A DNA stretch of 64,000 nt from Octopus bimaculoides (Eukaryota): the NCBI RefSeq assembly GCF_001194135.2, contig NC_068984.1, forward strand, positions 47,617,893-47,681,892. The letters are read 5' to 3'. A model generated the notes under the pieces. The model made no database searches and was not told where the DNA came from. It saw only the letters and a list, made by a program, of their open reading frames with translations. The translations under genes and the position numbers were made by a program. Position 1 is the stretch's first letter. Each line of letters begins with the position of its first letter. Positions 39,813-52,719 of the stretch are shown here, piece by piece.

Positions 39813-41750
39813 GAGATGCTTGAAAGGAGATGTGTAGATTTGTGCTGCCTCCAAGAAATAAGGTGGAGAGAAGGTTCTGCTAGGTTCCTCACAGGCAAAG
39901 AACACAGGTACAAGGTTTACTTGACAGAGAACAATGATGGGTTCGGGGGTGTGGTTATACTTCTTGCAGAGAAATGGGTTGTTAAGGTAATCGAGGTAGT
40001 CAGAGTATACGATAGAATACTTAAGATTAGATTAGTGCTACATCACAAGTTAGCAACCATTATCTCAGCCTATGCCCCTCAGCCAGGGCTACCTGATGGA
40101 CAGAAAGACCGATTCTATGACACCCTCTTGCAGACTACCTCACTGACGAATGACAGGGACCTTCTCTTTGTGGCTGGTGACTTCAATTGACATGTTGGAC
40201 AATATGCAGGGGGATTCCATGGCATACATAGAGGGTATGGTTTTGGTTCCCGCAATGAAGAGGGAACCAGGCTGCTGGAGTTCTGCAATGCAAATGATCT
40301 TATGGTTTGCAATATTAACTGCAGGAAACCTGCCATTCACCTAGTTACCTACCGTTCTGGTAGACACACTAGCCAAATTGACTACAACCTCGCCAGCAAA
40401 AGGGAAAGATGGCTGCTTATAAATGGGGTACATTCTTCTTATAAGAAGAATGTACCCCACAACATAGACTAGTAGTTAGCGACTTCAGGATCAGGGCTAA
40501 ATGGATGTCCAGAAGATGACCAGCATGGTGGAGAAGGGTCTGCAAGCTTAAATATTCTGTGAATGGACAGAAATTTAGAGACATATTACTTGAAGCCTTT
40601 GACGAAATAGAAAGGGATATAGCATCACATGATGTGGAAGACAACTGGAGATTTCTGCAGGACAACCTGCTGAGGGCCAATGACCAGATCTGTGGATGGT
40701 GCAAAGTCCCCTCTTGATCCAAGGTAATATGGTAGTGGAACAATGTTGATGACAGGGCTATTAGGGAAAAGAAGCAGGCTTGGAAGGACTGGAAGAACAG
40801 TGGTCGCAGGGAATTGTATCAGACTGCCAGATGAGACAGGTTTATTTAGCCAGAGGAGAAGCAGATAAGAAAAAACTTGCCAATATTCAGTGCCGTGAGG
40901 ACCAAAGACTTGAGGTATTTCGTATTGCAAGACAATGTCTGAGAGAGAATCATGATGTCATAGGAGACAAATGTGTCTGCATAGATGATGGTTCACTTGC
41001 ATTAAACAAGGCTTCAAAGAGAGAAGTTTGGAGATGCCACTATGAAAGGTTGCTCAATAAAGAGAATGAATGGGAGAAAGAAAGTCTGCCGAATGCTGAC
41101 CCAACAGAGGGACCAGCTATCCAAATTGACAGTACCTTGGTAGATAAAGCAATTAAGGGTATGAAGATAGGGAAAGCCTCCTGCGCATCAGGAATCCCCA
41201 CAGATATGCTCAAATAACTGGTGGTGTTGGCTATAGCCTAGTAACCAATATAGTCAACCAGGTGATACATGAAGGGGTCATACCTAATGACTGGTGTAGC
41301 AGCACCATAGTCAACTGCTACATAGGTAAAGGTGATGTTTTAGATACAAATAATTACAGAGGTATCAAGTTGTTGGATCAGGTAACGAAGGTCACAGTGA
41401 GGGTCATAGAGCAACTAATTAGGGAGAGAGTCAGTGTAGATGAGATGCAGTTTGGGTTCATGCCAGTGAAAAGCACCACTGATGCAATATTTCTGGTAAG
41501 ACAGCTGCAAGAGAAATACCTAGCCAAAGCTAAATCTTTGTACCTGGGGTTCGTTGACATGGGGAAAGCCTTTGACAAGGTCCCCTGATCCCTTATCTGG
41601 TGGTCAATGAGGAAACTAGGGAGAGATGAATGGTTAATGAGAGTAGTGCAAGCCATGTACAGGGATACTGTCAGTAGGGTGAGGATTGGCAACAAGTACA
41701 GTGGCACACCCTAGCAGTTGAGGGAATCTGTGGAAGAGGTAAACCCATGG
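39813..41750 (+). mobile_element. RTE-clade LINE fragment (AP endonuclease to N-terminal RT), truncated at both ends and frameshifted
   Basis: EN motifs LCCLQEIRW, ISAYAPQ, VAGDFN; RT motifs NYRGIKLL, QFGFMP..STTDAIF, FVDMGKAFDKVP. Confidence 0.95.
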
Positions 41751-42090
41751 TAGGGGGCCAAATAGACCATCTTTTACTATAGACCCCTTTGATAACTATT
41801 TTATTCTGGTTGACCCTCATGGCCTCTCAATGTTTAAAAACTAGTTTTATAGATACTTCTTTCAAAATTCCTATTTTGTTTTTCTAACATTAACTTGTAG
41901 ATTGAAGTATGCAAAATGTTACATAAAGAAACCTAGCCGTTTCTTTCAATAAATACATCTGAAACAAAATATTTCATGAACCCTTGATATACTACTGTGC
42001 ATTCCCAATTTACTATTTTAGTTGCGTGAACCCCACCAAAATCTTACATAGACCCCTAAGGGTCAAACAGACCCTGGTTCAGATCCACTG
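41750..42090. mobile_element. hAT-like non-autonomous element, one end only
   Basis: Ends in gaccctggttcagatccactg, similar to ggttgagaaccactg hAT termini; other TIR not found. Confidence 0.45.
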
Positions 42091-42119
42091 ATTTAGAAAG
42101 TTATATCACAGAATCCTTT

Positions 42120-42530
42120 TGGCCTTTTAGTAGTTGTACAAGGCAGATCTAATGTCAAGGACTCTCTGAGCATTATGATAGTACAAACTTCCAGGACAAT
42201 GCATTAATTCACAAAATGTCATTGAAAATTGGGGTCAAGAGCACAAAACTGAAGTAGAGCACTTTGATTAACTTTCCATCATTACAAAATCTCAATACAA
42301 CCAAAACATTTATGGTTTGAAGCAGCAAAAAATGAGCTACTTCCCTTTGCCATCGTTGATGAAATAGCTAAAGTGAATTTTACTTGAAGAATGGATTAAA
42401 ATTCTCCCAACAAGCATTCAGTATCTGTATGAGTCGCAAAGATGTGATGGATGCCAAAGAGGACCAATTACGTATTAGATAAAAACACTTCCATTTAACA
42501 AGATATTTCAGTAACTCTGTCCAATCTCTA
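42120..42530 (+). mobile_element. Tc1-like transposase C-terminal fragment
   Basis: Decayed FQDNA..H, ILLEEWIKI..SIQYLYES...VMDAK.GP motifs. Confidence 0.7.
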
Positions 42531-42550
42531 CATGTGTGTGTACATATATA

Positions 42551-43429
42551 TAGGGTGTGATGGGTAAATTGTCAGCATTCTATATGTTTATTTTCACACA
42601 TGTGCATTGTTTGTTTTTGATCTTGTTGACTACACAGTGTATGTAGGGTCAGTTGGGCACTGTCTGTCAGGAAAGCAGCACTATAACACAATTCACTCTG
42701 CCAAAAATTTAGAAATTACATGTCATACTGCTTAAAATTCATGCCAGAAGCTCCAATATGAACATTTCAGAGTGTTTGCATGTTAATCTGAAGATAGTGC
42801 AATTTGAGGACATATACCTAGAGTAATAAAAGTCAAACATCCAGTCAACGTCATGGTGTTTGGAGTGATGGCCACATTATGCCTCTATTCACCTTGCCAT
42901 ATGGCTTTGACTCAACACGGAGGCCTATACCAAGTGCATGGAGGAGGTAGTGCTGTTCTGGGTCAAGAGGGAGGCTGCTGAAAGATCCTATGTCTGGCAA
43001 CAGGTCACTACACCATGCCACACAAGCCGGAGAACCCAGTCATGGCTGTTAGACAATTTCTGCAACGACATCAACCCTAGCATCTGGCCACTTAACTCCC
43101 CAAACTGCAACCCATTTGACTATCATGTGTGGGATGTAGTTGAGCAAGTGACCAACAAAACGCCTTGTAACATCAAAGATGAACTGAAGGCAAGGATTAT
43201 AGTAGCATTCACCAACCTAAACAAGGAGACCATCTGGAAGAGTTGCAGGAGATTCTGAAGTCATCTGGAGGCTGTGGTTGAAGCCAATGGCAATTTTATT
43301 TAATAAATTTACTTTTAAGTATTTCAAGATAATTTTATGTAATTTTAGTAAATATATCTGTTAAAATGAGATGTCAGTGTTATTGTTATTTTTGCGTAAT
43401 TGAGAGAACAGGTTATTCACGGCACCCTG
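42551..43429 (+). mobile_element. Internally deleted maT/DD37D-like transposon with both TIRs
   Basis: Ends tagggtgtgatgggtaaatt and ttattcacggcaccctg-ta; ORF YVWQQ...HTSRRTQSWL...IWPLNSPNCNPFDYHVW. Confidence 0.9.
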
Positions 43430-44185
43430 TATATNNNNNNNNNNNNNNNNNNNNNNNNNNNNNNNNNNNNNNNNNNNNNNNNNNNNNNNNNNNNNNNNNN
43501 NNNNNNNNNNNNNNNNNNNNNNNNNNNNNNNNNNNNNNNNNNNNNNNNNNNNNNNNNNNNNNNNNNNNNNNNNNNNNNNNNNNNNNNNNNNNNNNNNNNN
43601 NNNNNNNNNNNNNNNNNNNNNNNNNNNNNNNNNNNNNNNNNNNNNNNNNNNNNNNNNNNNNNNNNNNNNNNNNNNNNNNNNNNNNNNNNNNNNNNNNNNN
43701 NNNNNNNNNNNNNNNNNNNNNNNNNNNNNNNNNNNNNNNNNNNNNNNNNNNNNNNNNNNNNNNNNNNNNNNNNNNNNNNNNNNNNNNNNNNNNNNNNNNN
43801 NNNNNNNNNNNNNNNNNNNNNNNNNNNNNNNNNNNNNNNNNNNNNNNNNNNNNNNNNNNNNNNNNNNNNNNNNNNNNNNNNNNNNNNNNNNNNNNNNNNN
43901 NNNNNNNNNNNNNNNNNNNNNNNNNNNNNNNNNNNNNNNNNNNNNNNNNNNNNNNNNNNNNNNNNNNNNNNNNNNNNNNNNNNNNNNNNNNNNNNNNNNN
44001 NNNNNNNNNNNNNNNNNNNNNNNNNNNNNNNNNNNNNNNNNNNNNNNNNNNNNNNNNNNNNNNNNNNNNNNNNNNNNNNNNNNNNNNNNNNNNNNNNNNN
44101 NNNNNNNNNNNNNNNNNNNNNNNNNNNNNNNNNNNNNNNNNNNNNNNNNNNNNNNNNNNNNNNNNNNNNNNNNNNNNNNNNNNNN

Positions 44186-44221
<36 letters not shown>

Positions 44222-47200
44222 TTTATTCACTGCACCCTGCATTTATATATATATATATATATATATACATATATAAATATATATATAAAGGTAGCAAATT
44301 AGTACAGTCATTTGAACATCAGACAGAGTCATCATCATTTAACATCTGTCTACTATGCTGGCACGAGTTGGATTGGATGCCTTGTAATATTTGTTTTGAC
44401 TATCACTGTGTTCCAAGTCCCAATTCCATCCATGTGTACTTGATGGGTAGACTTAATCTATCACCCACTTAAATATCACCACCTGATAAGCATTCATGTC
44501 ATGCCTTCTGTTTGAAGATAATTATCCTCCCACTAGTCTTGGAGGCCCTGTTAAGGTTCATAGGCTTTGCCTTTGATATGGACTAAAAGGTGAAAATATG
44601 TTAATTTATGTAGTTGATAATGTAATGATATTCAAAACGATTCGTTAACTTTATAAAATAATATTTCAATGTGGCAAGGAGCTACATTTAATTTTCTAAT
44701 TTGTTTTCATAGCTTAGTCCAAGGTAGAACGTCCTTGCCCTTAACTTCTTGTGGGGCATCTGAGTCTTATGAAAAGAGACGACAACCTTGATATTTATAG
44801 AAGTGGGATCTAGGAAGATTTTGATATTCATAAAATAGAGACTTGTTTGCAACTCAGTGGACTCTATTAAAGCCACCAAATGGTCATGATGGATTAAGTC
44901 TACCATTTAATAATTAGTGCAATCCCTCCAACAAGCAGCTCAATTTCCATTTACAAAATTTCCCTTGTGAGTGGCTTTGGTCAACTCAAAGATAAAGATA
45001 TTTGTACAAAGTAATGTGAAACGAGATTGAACCTGGAATGATATGATTGTGAAGGAAACTGTAAAATCATGTAACCATGCTTGTGGGCATGACCCTACAC
45101 GAATCCCTGAGATAAATATGTATTCCTACATATCTTTTCTTTAAAGAATTAATCTGTAATTCACTTTGTAGCCTTATCATGCTCAGCTACTGCAACACAG
45201 CATTACACAATACATAAGAGTATAAAGAGATATTAGTATCTTAAATGCTCTGCTTCCAAATCACATGGTATTTTGGCACAGTCCCACTTGGACAAGCACC
45301 TTCTAGTATAGCCCTGGGTTGATCAAAAGTTTGCAAATAGATATGTGAACAGCAGCTAAAAGAATTCCATTGTGTGTATGTGTGTGTGTGTGTGTCTTGA
45401 TATTGCATGATGGTTGTAATCAAGCTTCAGTTTCATGCAAGCAATGTCATTTGTTTTCAGTCTTCCATGAAAACATGTCTGATGAAATGGGGAAATATTG
45501 CTTAACTTGGAAAGAGGTGAGGGTTGGTGACAGATAGGCATCTGGCATTAGAAAATCTGCCTCAGCGAATTATGTTTGACCTATGCAAACATGGAGAAGT
45601 AGATATTAACACAATGATGGTGGTCTTTAACATGTCCTAAATTGAGAAAATCACTGATCAACCAGCAGAGTAACATAATAGCATTTATACATTTATGTCA
45701 CAAATATGCAAAATATTGTTTTAACCATATGCATTTCAGGACAGTACCAAGTAAATAAAAGAACAGGTGCAGGTGGGGATTTTAGCCTAAATTTTAACCA
45801 ATGGTAGTTAAACGTATATATTTCGACAAAATATTTTATATCAGACAAGAAGTTACCTAACTTTTTCTTGTTAGTCATATACACCTTTACATGACAACCA
45901 TACTACAGTGTCTTCTTAAAATCCATAAATAATCGATGCATAGAACATGGTGACTTTTGTTGTCACATAAATCAAGCCAGCTCTGTTGGAATACAAAATT
46001 TGGCTTATGGATGCTATTTTATATCAATTTTTCCTCCAGACAAAGACTGGTGAAATTTATGACTTCTTTTCCTTTTGTGTTTGTGTCACAGGTGGGTGTC
46101 ATTGCTATCATTACCAATAAAATATGAATACGATCTCCTGTTACTCAGATAAACTGAAACCAACAGAAACAAGGAGAAGGGTGTAAAATAATCCGAATTT
46201 CCAGAATCTTTTTTTACAATTAAAATGTTTATAATGGTTAAAGGGTGGAAGTTTTGTCTATATATGTGATTTACTCAGGAAAGGAAGGGCAATGTCCATG
46301 ACCTTTGAATCCTTCCCAGATTGGTTAGGTTGATGTCGATGCACAGGCCTCGTTCAAGTGTTTGCGAAAGAATGAACTCAAAAACCACCAAAGGGACCAG
46401 GTGATAATGTTAAACTGGACAGCATGGATGAGTTCTCAGTCAACTCTGTTGGAAGTGTGACATTGAGATAGCTGATTAAGCACCTGGATATAAGCATTTA
46501 ATCAGTATTGTTCCCAGGATATGTTGCTTTTCACTCTTTCATTTGTAAGATTTTCTTTACTCTATAAGAGTAGCAAGATCTGTGCAACAGAGTAAAATTT
46601 TGGATAACAAAAACATGTAATACTAAGATATGCTTAAGTATAGATAAGGATATGATCATGCAAAAACATAAATACATTCACAAATATATTGAATCAGGTA
46701 GTAAATTGGCAGAATGCATTGAAATGAAAGAATACCTTCATTCTAACAATATAACAGTACTCTAAGTTCAAATTCCACCAAGGTTAACTTTGCATTTTAT
46801 CTTTGTTAGGTCAATAAGCAAAGTACCTGTTGAAAATTGGGATTGAATTCTCTTTGGCTTTTTCTCTTTGAAAGAAATTGACTGAAGTTAGATCCAGAGA
46901 GGGATGGTGCAAGGTTAGATACCAAATATATGTTGTGAATTACAAAGTTACCTTTATGACCCCCATCAGATACTGAGAGCTGATTGCATGGTTACATGTA
47001 CAATAAAGTTTTCCAAGCAAATTTTTCTGAACAAACCTGCTACTACCCATAAAATGATTTCTGACAAAAGTACAATAACACATTTTTGGGGAGGGGCATA
47101 ATCCTATATATTGACAGCAAAGCATAACAAGACCTGGAATGATAAAAGGCAAAGTCAACCTTGGAGAGTTTTAAACACTAAACATGAAGGCATGTAACAA

Positions 47201-47268
47201 AATATTGCCAGATATATTATTTGGATCCACCATTTTACCCTTGATAAAATAATTCTATTAAAGGCACA

Positions 47269-47652
47269 GTGGCGGCGCAATGGCCCAGTGGTTAGGGCAG
47301 CGAATTTGCGGTCATAGGATCGCGGTTTCGATTCCCAGACTGGGTGTTGTGAGTGTTTATTGAGCGAAAACACCTAAAGCTCCATGAGGCTCCGGCAGGG
47401 GATGGTGGCGAACCCTGCTGTACTCTTTCACCACAACTTTCTCTCACTCTTACTTCTTGTTTCTGTTGTACCTGTATTTCAAAGGGTCAGCCTTGTCACA
47501 CTGTGTCATGCTGAATATCCCCAAGAACTACGTTAAGGGTACACGTGTCTGTGGAGTGCTCAGCCACTTGCACGTTAATTTCACGAGCAGGCTGTTCCGT
47601 TGATCGGATCAACTGGAACCCTTGACGTCGTAAGCGACGGAGTGCCAACAAA
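47269..47652 (+). mobile_element. SINE family A, full length, CpG-decayed
   Basis: TSD attaaaggcaca at 47257-47268 and 47653-47664; several CG to TG/CA changes relative to other copies. Confidence 0.95.
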
Positions 47653-48786
47653 ATTAAAGGCACAAAACCCGACATATTGAAAGGATGGGGGCTAATCAAT
47701 TACATCTGCTCCAATTCTCAACTGGTACTTACTTCATTGATCCAACCACAAAAGGATGAAAAGTAAAGTCAACCTCAGCAAAATTTGAACTTGGGATATA
47801 TAGAGCAGGAGAAAAGCGCAACTAGGAAACTTGTTAATAATGCTTACAATTCTGCCAGATATCTGCCTTTCCATTGATGAAATACCACTACATACTTGGC
47901 ATCATAAATTGCAGAATATAATTCATAAAAGTGTGAAAACAGTAGCATGTGGTATTGAGCAACACCATAATCTTGAATTCAAATCAGTTATATGTTTTTG
48001 CATACATAAGTATTTTAGAAGTACATTCCATTTAGTAAGTCTGAGGGGTTTCATACAAGTTTTCCTGAAAATGAAAGCCGCAATAGATTTGCATCCACTT
48101 TGGAGTTAAATTTTAGTACTCATTATCAAATAACACAAATTCAGTGAAGCTATGAGCAAATGATGGAGCTACTACAGGGTCACTTGACTTACTAGAAATA
48201 GCAGCCAAATGTTCCTCAAATTACATACTATCATCTTTTATAACAATAAATATAATGAACAACGTAATTTTCAATGCACAAACAGAAAGGATGATCACAT
48301 ATACAAAGTCTGATCATAGACCTCCTAGATCAGAGTTGATCTGTGGCTATGCATCAACTGGAACAAAAGCATTCCTTTAAAATCTAAGTGTTTAGGGACA
48401 ATTTACACAAAGAAATGTGTGTGAGTATTTAACGGGGGAGACCAAGGAAACTAATTATAAGGGACAGCAGTATAAAAGAATTCTATATCCATAATGAATA
48501 TGAGTTGGGAAGAGCCAGAGAAAAAGGAGAAGTTGAAGAGGTGGAGGGCATGTTCGGATCATAAGTGTAAGAGTAAGTAACAAGAATATGCAGAGGTGGT
48601 CAAGGTACACACAAACTGGTTCAGTTGGATATTTACAGGTAAAAATAATGAGGTTCCACCATAAATTGATGCCAGCCCACCACAAGGCTATACACATACA
48701 CACAATATATATTTTATATAGTTTACAGATGAGATCCAGAGATTCTCCATATAAAAGACAGTAGTACTCAAATGATTTGAATTTAG

Positions 48787-48825
48787 AGTCCGGTGTCTTG
48801 AGAAGGGATCATTCCATTTCACAAG
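48787..48825 (+). CDS. Candidate 39-nt exon (SGVLRRDHSISQ, phase 1-1)
   Basis: atttag|...cacaag|gtaaag; phase-compatible with the candidate terminal exon at 49746; weak polypyrimidine tract. Confidence 0.2.
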
Positions 48826-49135
48826 GTAAAGAAAAGCTATAAGAGGGATGAAGTTGAGCAGGTATAGAAGCAATTATGCAGATAAACAAATTAGACACAT
48901 CAAACATATTAAATACATTAAATATATCAAATACAAAATTCCATCCCATTAATTTTCTGTTGCTTGTACTCTGGGTAAGTCTGACCTATTAATATAAATA
49001 TCGATGTATTTATACTTAAAAATTCATCATTTGAAAGATTCCATCTTTTGCTTTCTCTCAGCTTGCGTGTGTACATATATTGTATTTGAAGTATTTAATA
49101 TATTTGATGTATCTAATGTGTTTATCTGCACAACT

Positions 49136-49175
<40 letters not shown>

Positions 49176-49176
<1 letters not shown>

Positions 49177-49375
49177 ATCATCATCATCGTTTAATGTCTG
49201 CTTTCCATTCTAGCATGGGTTGGACGATTTGACTGAGGACTGGTGAACCAGATGGCTACACCAGGCTCCAATCTGATTTGGCAGAGTTTCTACAGCTGGA
49301 TACCCTTCCGAACGCCAACCACTCCGATAGTGTAGTGGGTGCTTTTACATGCCACCAGCACGAAGGCCAGTCAGT
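49176..49375 (-). mobile_element. SINE family E 3' part
   Basis: Homology to 36666-36903. Confidence 0.85.
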
Positions 49376-49408
<33 letters not shown>

Positions 49409-49745
49409 GGTAACCTCACCAGCCCTGGTAGCACAAAAAAGAGCACCCAGTACACACTATAAAGTGGATTGTGTTAGGAAGGATATCCAATCGTAGGAGC
49501 CATGCTAAAGCTGACAGTGGAGTGCAACACAGCACTACGGTTGATTCCGTTAAACAATCCAATCTATGACAGCATGGAAAACAGAAGTTAATTGACAATG
49601 ATGATGTTGTAGAGTGTTTCCACTTAGATCAATCATCTGGATCAAAGTTATCTAAGTTTCATTTCCTTTCTTACCATCTACTAAGACACTCAAATAACAA
49701 TGCAACACAATTTATTTTCTTTTTTGGTTTGTCACCTAATTACAG

Positions 49746-49822
49746 CTGAAAAGAAATACCAAATATTGGAGACAGAAGTCAAGAAGAATATTAAGAGACA
49801 GAAGACAAGAAGAGTAGACTAG
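49746..49822 (+). CDS. Candidate terminal exon (AEKKYQILETEVKKNIKRQKTRRVD*)
   Basis: Pyrimidine-rich ...ctaattacag| acceptor, open frame to TAG; an overlapping minus-strand non-coding exon reading is equally possible. Confidence 0.25.
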
Positions 49823-49857
49823 TGCATCAAGAGAGCATAAATCTATATATGCATTCT

Positions 49858-50235
49858 TTTATTCTTTTACTTGTTTCAGTCATTTGACTGCAGCCATGCT
49901 GGAGCACCGCCTTTAGTTGAACAAATTGACCCCAGGACTTATTCTTTGTAAGCTTAGTACTTATTCTATAGGTCTATTTTGCCGAACAGCTAAGTTACGG
50001 GGACCTGAACACACCAACAACGGTTGACAAGCGAAGGTGGGGGGACAGACACAAACACACACATATATATATATACGACGGGCTTCTTTCGGTTTCCGTC
50101 TACCAAATCCACTCACAAGGCTTTGGTCGGCCCGAGGCTATAGTAGAAGACACTTGCCCAAGGTGCCATGCAGTGGGACTGAACCTGGAACCATGTGGTT
50201 GGTAAACAACCTACTTACCACACAGCCACTCCTGC
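49858..50235 (-). mobile_element. SINE family C, full length
   Basis: Homology to 16470-16870. Confidence 0.9.
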
Positions 50236-50589
50236 ACCTGCATGAATATATCGGTTAAAGATGTACCTGGGATAAAAAGGAATATACTCTCGTATATATA
50301 TAATGACAATAGCCATGGGAAACTAATCGACTCAAATATACACCAACACACTTATACAAATGCTAATGAGAGGAAGACATAAAGAAACAAAATACAAAGC
50401 ATACATTTGTTTCTAGGACGAATACATTCATAGATAAATCATTGGGCATTGCATGCCTATGAACCTTGATTAGTAAATAAACAAAATACATACAGAACCA
50501 TGAGCTCAATACATACATTAACATGTGACAGATAAACAACATATGGGACAAGTGGACAACATATACTTTGGGAAAAGTGAACATATAGA

Positions 50590-51070
50590 TGTATGTGAGT
50601 TTAAGAAGCTCACTTAGCAACCTTGTGGTTTCAGGTTCAGTTCTACTGTGCCGTGTCTTCTACAATGGTCTTGGGTTGACCAAAGCCTTGTCAATGGATG
50701 CGAAAGCGAAATCAGGATGGCACCTGTGCCCAGCGTCGCCTTTCTGGCACTTGTGCCCATGGCATGTGTAAGGACTTTCGTGCGAGATTGTTGCCAGTGT
50801 CCCTGGACTGGCTCTTGTGCGGGTGACACATAAAATATACCATTTGAGCGTGGCCGTTGCCAGTACCGCCTGACTGGCCTTCGTGCGGGTGGCACGTAAA
50901 AGCACCCACTACACTCTCGGAGTGGTTGGCGTTAGGAAGGGCATTCAGCTGTAGAAACTCTGCCAAATCAGATTGGAGCCTGGTGTAGCCATCTGGTTTC
51001 ACCAGTCCTCAGTCAAATCATCCAACCCATGCTAGCATGGAAAGCGGACGTTAAACGATGATGATGATGA
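50590..51070 (+). mobile_element. Composite SINE family E: C-like head, internal ~60-bp tandem units, RTE-like tail
   Basis: Head ...ggttcagttctactgtgccgtgtcttctacaat, repeated gccagt...gactggc..gtgcgggtg units, tail ggaagggcattcagctgtagaaactctgcc...gttaaacgatgatgatgat. Confidence 0.8.
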
Positions 51071-51630
51071 TATATATATATATATATATAATAATATAAA
51101 TAATATATCCATACATATATGTACATACCTACATCTATATTATCTATATTATTATATGATCGAATGCCACGCATCCTTTCCCAAGTATATACACATATAT
51201 ATATACATATATGTGTGTGTATGCATGTGTCTATGTTTGTTCCCCATCACCACTTGACAATCAGTGCTGGTTTGTTTATGTTCCATTGACTTAATGGTTT
51301 GGTAAAGAGACTAATAAAATAAGTACCAGGCTTTAAAAAAAAAAGAAGAACTGGGGAAAATTTACTCCACAAAAATCTTCAAGATAGTGTTCCAGTATGG
51401 CCATAATTCAAGAGAACACACATACAAAAACCATGGGACAAGTGATCGGTACATATATATAAAACCAAAGGACAGGTGAACAACACACACACAAACTTAG
51501 GAAAAGTGAGGAACATGACTTGTAAATAATAAGCACACAAACTCATAAGAAGGGAAATCACATTCATACAGAAACATCTGACAAGTAAACTGAATGCATA
51601 CAAGAAACAGTGAACAATACACACAAATAT

Positions 51631-51810
51631 TGTTGTTGTTGTCGTTGCTGGCACTCCGTCGCTTACGACGTCGAGGGTTCCAGTTGATCCGATCAACGGA
51701 ACAGCCTGCTCTTGAAATTAACGTGCAAGTGGCTGAGCACTCCACAGACACGTGTACCCTTAACGTAGTTCTCGGGGATATTCAGCGTGACACAGTGTGA
51801 CAAGGCTGAC
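51631..51810 (-). mobile_element. 5'-truncated SINE family A
   Basis: 3' half only; flanked by a caaatat direct repeat. Confidence 0.85.
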
Positions 51811-52101
51811 CAAATATGGGACAAGTGAATAACACGAAAAAAAAAACACGAGACAAATTAACAACATAAATATGAAGCAAGTGCACATCACACATACTAG
51901 TATGGGACATGTTAACATCACAAACACACTATGTGTTTATGTGTTATTCACTTGTCCACTGTATTGATGTAGTTCACTTTTGCCAAGCTTGTGTGTGAGT
52001 GTGTATGCATTATTTACTTAAGCCACTGTATATAGAACAGTATACATTTGTGCCACTGAACTACATATATTTGTCTTACTTTATATGCCAGTCACTAGCC
52101 C

Positions 52102-52280
52102 CAATGAAATATGACGTTCACCAGACCCACCGAAACGTGTCGTTCGCAAGCCTCACCGAAACGTGTCGTTAGCAAGTCACACTGAAATGTGCCGTTCGGA
52201 AGTCCCACTGCATGTGCCGTTCAGTAGTCTCACTGCATGTGTCGTTCAGTCGTCCCATTGTATATGCTGTTTACTAGTCC
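52102..52280. repeat. 25-26 bp minisatellite, about 7 progressively diverging units
   Basis: caccgaaacgtgtcgttcgcaagcct / caccgaaacgtgtcgttagcaagtca / cactgaaatgtgccgttcggaagtcc / cactgcatgtgccgttcagtagtct / cactgcatgtgtcgttcagtcgtcc / cattgtatatgctgtttactagtcc. Confidence 0.9.
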
Positions 52281-52669
52281 CACATATATTTCCATAGATG
52301 TATTGGGACAAGTGAATAAAACCTAAGTAAGGAACAAATGAACAACCCATACACACATCGACACAGAAGCACAAGACAAATAAACGAGCGAACAACAAAC
52401 AACACATACATACATGCATGCATAGGATGTTAGAACACACAGAGAAACACCGGTCAAATCAATCACATGCGTACATATAGATTCCTACCGGAAGTGGACA
52501 TCCAAATATAATTGGAACACACACACCTGCACGGGACAATCAAATGTCATTGAAGCATATTTAAGTAGTTGCAAACAAATAAGCATTTGTGGAGCAAACA
52601 ACGTTATGACTGTAGAGCAAAGTAGACACACTCATTGACGAAAAATATATTACACATGCTTGAGCGCGA

Positions 52670-52719
<50 letters not shown>

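Noticed and set aside
44221-44242. Second copy of the maT right end after the gap
   Set aside because: Likely assembly duplication around a TA microsatellite gap; cannot be resolved.
52102-52280. CRISPR-like appearance of the 25-26 bp repeats
   Set aside because: Units are directly adjacent with no unique spacers; eukaryotic context; no cas genes.
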